From assembly GCA_049322915.1 (NCBI GenBank), contig JBMOPW010000034.1:320001-384000 (forward strand): DNA of 64,000 nucleotides, in the 5' to 3' direction. Source of the stretch: Candidatus Zhuqueibacterota bacterium. Lineage in GTDB: Bacteria; Zhuqueibacterota; Zhuqueibacteria; Thermofontimicrobiales; Thermofontimicrobiaceae. A program made the translations under genes and the position numbers. A model generated the notes under the pieces. The model did not search any database, was not told the origin of the DNA, and was given only the letters and a program-made list of their open reading frames with translations. Shown piece by piece: positions 18,236-27,200 of the stretch (position 1 is the first letter of the stretch; every line of letters starts with the position of its first letter).

Positions 18236-19309
18236 ATGAGTAAAAAAACGAACAGGAGTGAAATATCCCGTCGCGAGTTTGTTAAACAGACCGCAACGGG
18301 ATTGGCAGGAATCGTTGGCGGCGCCTGGGTCATGACTTCAAATTGCAGCAGTCCCATTGCGCCGACTACGGAAAAAAAACAGCCGCCCAAAGTACCCGTT
18401 GGCAGCTCCAATCGGGATCCGGGATCAAATGGTCATTCTGGTAATGCCAATTCTTTGCCGCATCGGATTTTGGGAAAAACGGGACTGGAAATTTCCATGC
18501 TTGCCTTTGGCGGCGGTTCGCAATTTCTGAAAAATGAAAACGGCGCATGGCAAACTTTGATGCAGCGGGCGATCGAATTGGGCGTTAATTATTTTGATAC
18601 AGCGTTCAACTATAATGGCAGTGAAGAACGCTATGCGGAAATTTTAGCACCGATTCGTGAACAGGTTTATATCGCTACCAAATTCGATGGCAAAAACGGA
18701 AACCTGCGGGATGTGGATCTGATGATGCGCGAATTTGAAACCAGCCTGAGGCGCCTGAACACAAATTATGTGGATGTATTGCTGATTCACGACATCAATG
18801 ATAATGATAATGTCACCCAAATTGAAAACGGCGTATTCAAGCAAATGCTGAAATTAAAAGCAGAAGGAACCGCCAGATTCATCGGTTTTTCGAGTATGAG
18901 CAGCGCCCAGCGCGCCAAAGAATTGATTGTGAACCTGGATTTTGATGTCGCGTTACTGGCGCTGAATGCGACAAATTATGGCAGTTATGCCACGATTGCC
19001 CTGCCGCCTGCCAGGGAAAAAGAAATGGGCATATTAGCCATGAAAGTGATGCGGGATGTTGTCGGCGTCGCGGCCACGGCGGAAGAGCTGATTCATTATG
19101 TGCTCGATCGGGACGGAGTTGCATCAGCAGTGATTGCACATTATGGCACGGAAACACTGGAAGAGAATGCAGCCATCATTTCACAATTCAAACCGAGCAG
19201 CGTTGATGACGATTATGGCGAGCTTGAAAATCGGTTGCGACCTTTTGCCTCGCCCGATGCGCTTTGTTGGGCTCGGCCCGACTATGTGGACGGCTCTGGT
19301 CTGGTGTAG
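18236..19309 (+). CDS. Aldo/keto reductase with a twin-arginine (Tat) signal
   Basis: SRREFVK Tat motif; LGKTGLEIS, NYFDTAFNY, IATK and SLRRLNTNYVDVLLIH, which supply the D/Y/K/H tetrad. Confidence 0.88.
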   Translation: MSKKTNRSEISRREFVKQTATGLAGIVGGAWVMTSNCSSPIAPTTEKKQPPKVPVGSSNRDPGSNGHSGNANSLPHRILGKTGLEISMLAFGGGSQFLKNENGAWQTLMQRAIELGVNYFDTAFNYNGSEERYAEILAPIREQVYIATKFDGKNGNLRDVDLMMREFETSLRRLNTNYVDVLLIHDINDNDNVTQIENGVFKQMLKLKAEGTARFIGFSSMSSAQRAKELIVNLDFDVALLALNATNYGSYATIALPPAREKEMGILAMKVMRDVVGVAATAEELIHYVLDRDGVASAVIAHYGTETLEENAAIISQFKPSSVDDDYGELENRLRPFASPDALCWARPDYVDGSGLV

Positions 19310-19336
19310 TTGGAGATGCTATTCCTGATCAATATG

Positions 19337-19369
19337 GAACGAAGGACTGTCAAAAACAATCCTTCGTTC
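19337..19369. terminator. Hairpin between the convergent AKR and SSS genes
   Basis: Inverted repeat GAACGAAGGA...TCCTTCGTTC; no clear U-tract. Confidence 0.5.
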
Positions 19370-19413
19370 ATCCGATATTCAGGCCTGCCTTAAATTCAAC
19401 ATTGTTGAAAACC

Positions 19414-21606
19414 TCATCCACCCATCGAAACAAACAGCACCAGAAAGCCGATGATTGCCCCAACCAGCAGCGCTGAAACGCCGAATCCGATTGCATCCAC
19501 CCGAGTCCATTTGTTTAGCTCCCATTGCGAATTGGGAAACAACTTGAGATGATCAAAACGGTGCGGATCACTGTACGATAGCGCCATTTCCTGTGCATCG
19601 GTTTCAGGATCTGGATGCACAGGCGTTTTCATTTTCACGAAGAATCGATCCAGTCGGACTTTGTCATCAGAGCGGGTGAAATAAACCGCTACGATTAATA
19701 TGAGAAATGGCAGAAATGTTTTGATCAGAATGCGGATCGTTTCATTCAACGCATGCGGATTATTTGCCAGGTCGCAACCCAGTATGTCGAGAATGAGCAG
19801 CTCAAAATTGAGGGCGCCCGATCCAAATATGTTGCCATCACGATTGGCTTTGATTCCCAGCGTCCAATAAATCGCTTTCTTCGGCAGGATATCGGTTCGG
19901 GTAAACTTTTCGCCTTGGGCTATCATTTTCGGACGCTCGCCGATGGCTTCTCCCCTTGCATTCAAAAAATCCCATCTGGCAATTTCGCTTTGTCGCTGTT
20001 CCACATCCATTTCGTGGGCAGTGAAAATTCGCGCCAGCGGCGCAGGCTCGGTCATTTTTAATAAATAGGCGTTCGTTCGAAGATTAGGAAAAAGTGTCGG
20101 TACCAGGATCGGCCCCACTGAAAAAAGCAGAAGCGACGCCACAATCGAAATCCAGGCGGCCTGGCGATTTGCCCGACGCCATTTGATCCCGAGCCAAAAA
20201 CTGGCGGCCACCATGACATAAAATTCCCAGGTGAATTTCATCAGAGCAAAGACGCTATCAAATTGCATGGCAATTACAGCGCCGCCAATGACGACAACGG
20301 CGCCCACGATTCGTCCCACCTGAATAAAATGCCGCTCGGATCGCTGCGGGAATAACGGGCGGTACACATTTCGAATGAGCAGGCTCGAACCTGTGATCAT
20401 CAAACAATCCACCGTGGACATCAGCGCCGCCATGAGGCAGGCAATCATTAATCCGACCAGACCCAGATTGAGCGGGCCTAACAGATCCCGTGTGGCAACT
20501 CCCCATATCAGGTCGGGATTGTTCACCGTCTTGCCGTAAAGCAGAATACACGCCATTCCCAACACCCCCCAAAATACCGTACAGATCCGTTTAATGAACG
20601 TGCCTGTAACGAAACCAAATCGGGCGGCGTATTCGGTTTTGGCTGAACCTGTTGCCACCAGCATGTTGGGCTGCACCACCACATTAATGGTTGAAATGAT
20701 GGAAACAGCGATCACAAAATACCAGGTAAAATCAATGGCGGTTGGTGAACCGAACACATCAAAAAATGATTCGGGAAGACGCTGGTGGATGGTTCTCATG
20801 GCATCCAGAATCGTTGCTCCGCCATAGATCGTATTGATTTTTGCCCAGGCAAAGGGCAGCAGCATGAGCGATAAGATGATGATGAATATTCCCTGCAAAA
20901 CGTCCGTAAGAAAAGCAGCTTCCAATCCCCCCGCCACGGCATAGATAATTACAACGAAACAAACGGTCCAGATCAAAAAATTTACGCTGATGAGAGAAAA
21001 CAGTTTTCGGGGATTTTCGATGCGGAGTTCATCCAACCGATTACGTTCCCGGGCAGTTAATACATTAAAATCCGCTGATTCCAGCCGTTCCAACTCCAGC
21101 GCTTTCTGATATTCCACCTGCTCCACTGCCGTAAGCTCCTGCACCGATTTTGGCGTGATCGCCTGAATCGTTTTGGTCATCGCGGTGAACCCGATGCCAA
21201 TAATCGACATCATCCCAAAGCAGCCAATGATGGCAAACGTACCTGCCATGGTTTTCGAGCCGTACCGTTCTTCGAAAAAATCAGCCATGGTCATGATTCG
21301 AAGCCGTCGCAGCCAGGGAGCGGTGATCCAGTAGAGTGGTGCCGCAAAAACGATAGCGAGAACACTCCAGATACCACCCGCGCCATTTTTAAACGTCGTG
21401 GTGGTGACGCCAACCACCGATTCGGTCGAGGTCGCCTGCCCAAACGCTGCAAAAGTTTGGACGAATTTGCCAAAGCGTCGTCCTGCCAGAAAATAATCTT
21501 CCTGGTTGCGGATGCGGCGCATTGACCAAATCCCGATAAGGATGACAATACTGAAGTATAAAACGATGACGACCAGGTCAATAATTTGTAATCCAAACAT
21601 ATTCAC
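19414..21606 (-). CDS. Sodium:solute symporter (SSS) family transporter with two extra soluble insertions
   Basis: Motifs EDYFLAGRRFG, TMADFFEERYGS, YAVAGGLEAAFLTDVLQG, AALMST and WRRAN; about 14 TM helices. Confidence 0.9.
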   Translation of the reverse strand: MNMFGLQIIDLVVIVLYFSIVILIGIWSMRRIRNQEDYFLAGRRFGKFVQTFAAFGQATSTESVVGVTTTTFKNGAGGIWSVLAIVFAAPLYWITAPWLRRLRIMTMADFFEERYGSKTMAGTFAIIGCFGMMSIIGIGFTAMTKTIQAITPKSVQELTAVEQVEYQKALELERLESADFNVLTARERNRLDELRIENPRKLFSLISVNFLIWTVCFVVIIYAVAGGLEAAFLTDVLQGIFIIILSLMLLPFAWAKINTIYGGATILDAMRTIHQRLPESFFDVFGSPTAIDFTWYFVIAVSIISTINVVVQPNMLVATGSAKTEYAARFGFVTGTFIKRICTVFWGVLGMACILLYGKTVNNPDLIWGVATRDLLGPLNLGLVGLMIACLMAALMSTVDCLMITGSSLLIRNVYRPLFPQRSERHFIQVGRIVGAVVVIGGAVIAMQFDSVFALMKFTWEFYVMVAASFWLGIKWRRANRQAAWISIVASLLLFSVGPILVPTLFPNLRTNAYLLKMTEPAPLARIFTAHEMDVEQRQSEIARWDFLNARGEAIGERPKMIAQGEKFTRTDILPKKAIYWTLGIKANRDGNIFGSGALNFELLILDILGCDLANNPHALNETIRILIKTFLPFLILIVAVYFTRSDDKVRLDRFFVKMKTPVHPDPETDAQEMALSYSDPHRFDHLKLFPNSQWELNKWTRVDAIGFGVSALLVGAIIGFLVLFVSMGG

Positions 21607-21680
21607 TCACCCGATGAGAATGAAAATTTTTCAACGTGCCATGATTTTATGCCGTGCCGGCTTGCGGCGAGACTCCATTG

Positions 21681-23804
21681 CTACTTTAAATAAAGCATCT
21701 TCTTTTCAGCGACAAATTCACCCGCCTGGATGATATAAAAATAACAACCCGTCGCTACAGGGATTCCTGAATGATTGCATCCATTCCAGGTGATCTGATG
21801 CGACCCAGCGACCTGGAACGTATCGATCAGGGTTCGGATTATCTGGCCGTTGACATTATAAATAGTGAGCCGAACGGGAACCGCTTTGGCAATTGAACCT
21901 GGAATAAAATATTTGATGGTCGTTGTACCGTTGAACGGATTGGGATAGTTTTGAAAAAGCGCCATCGACTCAATCCCATTCAGCTTCGCTGAAACCCTTG
22001 AGATCACTGAATTCGCTTCAAAGGCGCCCATGTCGATGCCGTTGCCAACGGGGCGCAGCATCGTCAGATGGTCGAGTGGGATTTGAATGGTGGTGTCGCC
22101 CCTGTCAATTGCAGGTGAATTCGTGCGCAACATAAAATCTTTTGGTCGATTAGGAGAACCCGATGCTTTGGTCAGCAACGGATCGGTATTGTTCAGGCTA
22201 TGAATTTCCCGATTCAGCGACTGAACCTGAGTGAAGCTCAGAGAAGAGCCAGCCGATTTGGCAAAGATACTTTGTAGTGGCACAAAATATAAATTATGAT
22301 CCAGCAAATAAGTGGCTTGATTGATAGGGCAACGGCCATCACGGAATGAAAATACGACTCCCTGCCAGTCAGGCGCATAAAAAATATTATTTTTAAAATA
22401 GAATTTTTCCGGCGGCAGTCCACTGACCGTAGCGCCGTAAGACCATAACTCCACAGGCAAAGAACGAGAGTCAGCCGTTTTTCCATCATAAAATATCGTA
22501 TTATTGTAAAAATAAAGTCCTTTTACATTATCACGAATCAGCAGCACCCTGCCATCTCTTGCCACGATAATTGAATTTTTGATGGTGACATTGGGCACCC
22601 AGACATTTAAAATGGCGCTGGAATTGTACGGTTGTTTTTCATCGCAATACAGGCGATCCACCGTAATGCCTTTGGCAGTCCAGCCGAAAACAATGGAGCC
22701 ACCGTCATTATTGTAGGTCACGCAGTCCTCAACCAGATGATTTTCGCCCGTGGTAATATCGATGCCTTGCTCCGCACAGCGGGAAAAAACCGAACGCCGG
22801 GTCACAAAATTTTTTCCGAGAACATCCACTTGCAGCGTGGTACCCTCATGCCAGGCGATGCCATCGTTGGTTGTGCAATTTTCCACCACGATGCCTTCCG
22901 CCGAAATATCATTGGGCGGATTTGCCGCATGACCGCCAATAAATATGCCGCAGTTATAATAGTCACGGCCTTTAATATCCTTCATCGTCAGCCGATTCAC
23001 AGCATAGCCGTAAACCAGAATGCCATTGGTGCAGGTATGAATGCGACAATTGGCAAGGTTCACATCATTTTTCTGCACTTCAATCCCCTGAAATCCCCAA
23101 TTGTTCGTTCGATTGACAACTTCGACGTAGCGGATATCAACCCAATCACTCGCCACTTTAATTGTCTGGTAGCGACCTTTGCCATCAAATTTGGCACGAC
23201 CGCCGTAAGACGAGTAGGTAACAGGTTGTCCAGTGCTGCCACCTTTGGTGGTCAGCGTGCCTTCAAACGTCTCACCGCCTTTGAACAAGACCCAGTCTCC
23301 AGGTGCTGGCGTAAAACTGAACGTTTTTTTAGGAGTCGCTGGAGACAGTCCATCATTGGCATTGTCGCCCGATACAGGGGCGATGTAATAAACGGTTGTA
23401 GTGGGTTTTGTGATGTTATTGGCTACCGCAAGATCGGTGAAGCTGGCTAACTTGCCGGATGTGGTTTCAATGGTGCCAATGGAGTTGTCGTACGAAATGA
23501 GAACCGAGTCAATGAATGGCGTAAATTGGCCTTCCACATAAAGATCGATAAAGGATGAATCCAGCACAATTTGGTAAACCCGAAAAGCATCCTTTTCGCC
23601 AAAAGCGGAAATCGTGAATCCATATTTTGCAAGATAGATTTCGTAATAACACAGTTTGAGGAAGCTCAGCGGCTTTTCGTCCATGTGAAGCCGAATGGCA
23701 TGGGGAGCTTCATTTCTGATTTCAGCGCGAATGTCAAGTGCTTTCGCCTCGGCAAAATTTAATAAAAGCAAGAGGGAAAATAATGGACCGAGAAATTTTT
23801 TCAT
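21681..23804 (-). CDS. Secreted right-handed beta-helix (pectin lyase/PL9-like) protein with an N-terminal SwmB-like domain, choice-of-anchor-Q-like segment and CTD
   Basis: YYIAPVSGDNANDGLSPATP and GDWVLFKGGETF; Asn-ladder repeats; SPAIDRG...DMGAFE; CTD FQNYPNPFNGTT...KKMLYLK. Confidence 0.8.
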   Translation of the reverse strand: MKKFLGPLFSLLLLLNFAEAKALDIRAEIRNEAPHAIRLHMDEKPLSFLKLCYYEIYLAKYGFTISAFGEKDAFRVYQIVLDSSFIDLYVEGQFTPFIDSVLISYDNSIGTIETTSGKLASFTDLAVANNITKPTTTVYYIAPVSGDNANDGLSPATPKKTFSFTPAPGDWVLFKGGETFEGTLTTKGGSTGQPVTYSSYGGRAKFDGKGRYQTIKVASDWVDIRYVEVVNRTNNWGFQGIEVQKNDVNLANCRIHTCTNGILVYGYAVNRLTMKDIKGRDYYNCGIFIGGHAANPPNDISAEGIVVENCTTNDGIAWHEGTTLQVDVLGKNFVTRRSVFSRCAEQGIDITTGENHLVEDCVTYNNDGGSIVFGWTAKGITVDRLYCDEKQPYNSSAILNVWVPNVTIKNSIIVARDGRVLLIRDNVKGLYFYNNTIFYDGKTADSRSLPVELWSYGATVSGLPPEKFYFKNNIFYAPDWQGVVFSFRDGRCPINQATYLLDHNLYFVPLQSIFAKSAGSSLSFTQVQSLNREIHSLNNTDPLLTKASGSPNRPKDFMLRTNSPAIDRGDTTIQIPLDHLTMLRPVGNGIDMGAFEANSVISRVSAKLNGIESMALFQNYPNPFNGTTTIKYFIPGSIAKAVPVRLTIYNVNGQIIRTLIDTFQVAGSHQITWNGCNHSGIPVATGCYFYIIQAGEFVAEKKMLYLK

Positions 23805-23894
23805 TTTAGTAGCTCCGTAATTGTTCTAACTTGTGGTTTATCAATTTGATAATATACTCGTCAAGTATCCACTCAATAAAAGATGGTGAACCCC

Positions 23895-23986
23895 GTCTTG
23901 CCCGAATGCTTTTATCGGGCATCCATAAAAGCAACGTAGATTCCCGCTGAGAGCATGGATTCCCGCTAAAAGCATGCGGGAAAGAC
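23895..23986. repeat. Inverted REP-like doublet (GTC.TTCCCGC...GCGGGAATCCA family)
   Basis: GTCTTGCCCGAATGCTTTTATCGGGCATCCA (23895-23925), its inverted partner TGGATTCCCGCTAAAAGCATGCGGGAAAGAC (23956-23986), and a partial copy between them. Confidence 0.7.
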
Positions 23987-24061
23987 AACCGATGATCAGT
24001 GACCTTAAATGTCACTTTTTTTTTACCCGAAAAAATTGAGCGGATACCTCGTCAACAAGTA

Positions 24062-24125
24062 TATATAGCAAAAATAATTATCATTTGCATGTCATGCCGC
24101 AACAAACTTATGTCACCAGGTTACA
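24062..24125 (-). promoter_or_regulatory. Third copy of the operator-promoter, driving the beta-helix and SSS genes
   Basis: GTCATGCCGCAACA (24091-24104) and GTCACCAGGTTACA (24112-24125) lie 21 bp apart, followed on the minus strand by ATGCAA-17-TATATA. Confidence 0.7.
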
Positions 24126-24253
24126 TTTATTAAATTCCTTAATATTGGTTTTGTGAAAGAGAGTAAATCGCCTTTATACGATTCAGGTGCAATGCATAAA
24201 GGCATTGCACTCCAGGCGAAACACCAAAAAGGAGAGAAAAAAGTGAGTCAGAA

Positions 24254-27200
24254 TCAACGATTTTTATTTTTCTTTTGGATATAAGCGGATGGGGGCTTGC
24301 CAAAGTGCTTGCGAAAATCCCTGGCAAAATTGGAGGAATCAGAGAAACCGACTTCGTAGGCAATTTCAGTAACGGTCAAATTCGATTGCTCTAACAACTG
24401 TGCCGCGCGCTTGAGTCGTAAAATGCGGATAAAATCATTTACCGTTTGATTGGTTAGCGACTTGATTTTACGATATAATTGGACGCGATTCATTCTGACC
24501 GCCTGGCTGAGGCTTTCCACCCCAAAATCAGAATCGTGGATATTTTCTTCAATCGTTTTAATAACGCGCTGCAGAAATTTTTCATCGATGGAGGAAATGT
24601 AAATATTTCGCGGCTCGAGTTTGATATCACGGCTGAACCGCTCCCGCAATTGTTGTCTGGACTTGATCAAATTATGCACGCGGGCTTTGAGCTCGTTCAC
24701 ATTGAACGGCTTGACGATATAATCATCCGCACCAATGATCAGTCCATGGGTTTTATCTTCTTCGGACGAACGAGCGGTAAGTAAAATCACAGGGATATGA
24801 CTGGTTCTTTCGTCTGTTTTCAACTGCTGGCACAGCGTATTTCCATCCATTCCCGGCATGATAATGTCGCTGATAATTAAATCAGGAATGATTTTCCTCG
24901 CTGTTTCCAGACCTTCAATTCCATTGGATGCCTCGGCGATATCGTAATCCTCGCTCAAATCATCCCGAATGTAACTACGAATGTCATCATTATCTTCGAC
25001 AATCAAAATTTTGAATTTCGTTTGATCATCCGGGTGCACGTCAGCCCGGGGCATATCAGTCTGGCGGATCTCTTTTTCAATTCCGGTCAGCGTTCCCCTG
25101 CCATGCTCACTGCTTTCAGTTTCGGCGGGGGGAGTTTTTTCGAAGTGACTGGGTACGTCTCCACCAGGCATTTGCGCTGTTCGTCGCATCGGCAATTGAA
25201 CGACAAAGCAGGCGCCTTTTCCAGCTTCACTGTGGACACTGATGGTACCGCCATGAAGCTCGACCAATTCTTTCGTTAAAGCCAGACCAATCCCGCTGCC
25301 TTTTTGGTCACAATCGGGCTGATTTTTGGATTGATAGAACCGATCAAAGACATAAAGAATATCTTCTGGTCCAATTCCCATCCCGTTGTCTTCGACTTTA
25401 ATCCCGATATTGTATCCATCATTTGAATCGGCAGTGAAATAATCTGCAACTGTAATCGACAAAGTAACCTTACCATTATCCTGAGTAAATTTCAAGGCGT
25501 TGCACAACAAATTATAAATAATTTTATCGATCTTGTCCGGATCAAACCAGGTGAGTAAGTTTTCATAATTGGAGTGAAAGTCGAGCTCAATTTGTTTTTT
25601 TTCAGCCGATGGCTGGAACGATTCAAAAATATTTTTGATAAATTGAATCAGGTCACCCTGGAACAGTTCCAGTTTAAGACAGCCTTCATCCAGCTTGCGA
25701 AAATCCAACAACTGATTGACCAGCCGTAGCAGTCGTTCGGCATTTTTATGAATGATGGCGATTTGAGCTGTGAGCCAGTGATTCTGGTCGATCTTTGAAA
25801 TAATCTTTTGCAAAGGTGAAATGATCAGAGTCAGCGGGGTGCGAAATTCATGAGAGATGTCGGTAAAAAATTGTTGTTTCAAAAGATAGACCTGTCGTTC
25901 CTGTTCTTTTTCGATCCGTTCCAGTCGAAGCTCATTTTCGAGTCTCTCCTGAATGCCAGCTAACTGAACGCGCATCAGTTCCGCCTGCTGACGCTCAATT
26001 TTCCTTAAATTTAAATATTTGGCATATCCAGCCAGGATGACATCGCAAAAATTTCGGATCGTCTCAACCTCATGCGGTAAAAATTTATCTTTATTTTCGG
26101 TTGCCAGGGCGAAAGTACCGTACTCAAAACAGATGAGCAGCATCGATCCTGAACCAAGCACTTCCTGTGGTTGACTGGATTGCGCCTGGATTGGCAGTAA
26201 TTCAGTGATGTTATTTCCATTAATTTTTTGTGAAATTATTTGACCCGATTTCCAGCGCGTGAGATAATTTTCCGAAATTGTATCTAATGGTAATTCCGTA
26301 TATTGAGGCGCAGCATTGTCTGAAGCCATTTCATAATGATGCAGAATTCCAATCGCTTCATCAACCAGGGAAATTCCAATATAGTGAAATTTATGGCCAA
26401 TCGAATTCAGCTCCCGGGTTAATTCTGTCAGGACATTTGAAATATCGTGGACGGTTCCCACCGCCATGGAAACCGCGCGAATATGTTCGATTGAACGCTC
26501 TTTCGCCAGTGATTTATTCGTCACCCGCAGCCGTTGATCCCGACGGATGACCCGCACCGTCTGGTAGAAAATGATGGCGATTAATACCGACAACAATCCG
26601 ACAAACCACGGTTGCTGCCAGATGGGAGGTAATACTTTAAACAGAACGGATGCCGGCGTTTCATCTTCATTCAGATCCGTATCACGTGCTTTCACCTGAA
26701 ATGTGTGCTTACCAGCGGGCAGTTTGAAAAAAACCTGGTTCGTTGTGGTGAAAAATTGTGACCAGTCAGCGTCATCCAGCCGCCAGGAAAATTCGAGTTT
26801 CTCTTGTGGAGTAACGTTCCACGGATCCTTTGCATGCCAGCTAAAAATAACGTTCCCTGGCTGAGCAATTTCTTTCTCAGTCTCGGAGATAACGGTTTGA
26901 GGTGACTGTGAATCAGGTTTGTAGCGTAACGTTCGAAACTCATATTCAGCAACTGGCGGTGTATTCGGCCAGGCCCGCCTGTTCCAGGCTTTGGAAGTCT
27001 GATTGATCCAGATGGCACTATCTGCGGAAGAATTAATGGAACCGCCATCCTGTGACAGATGCCAGGTTGCAGGCAACGCGCTTTGCGTCCACATTTTCCC
27101 ATCAAAACAATCATAACCCAGATTGGTTGCCGCCCAGATCGTACCGTCACGGGTCTGGGTAATCCCAATTATTTTATTGCTGGAAAGACCCTGATCAATG

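Noticed and set aside
22632..23450. 272-aa plus-strand ORF
   Set aside because: Antisense to the beta-helix gene, with no RBS or recognisable domain. The same applies to the many other short overlapping ORFs in the track (for example 34066-34743, 41868-42491 and 48894-49556).
23806..24015. 69-aa ORF upstream of the beta-helix gene
   Set aside because: It is a translation of the REP-like palindrome (SFPHAFSGNP), not a credible protein.
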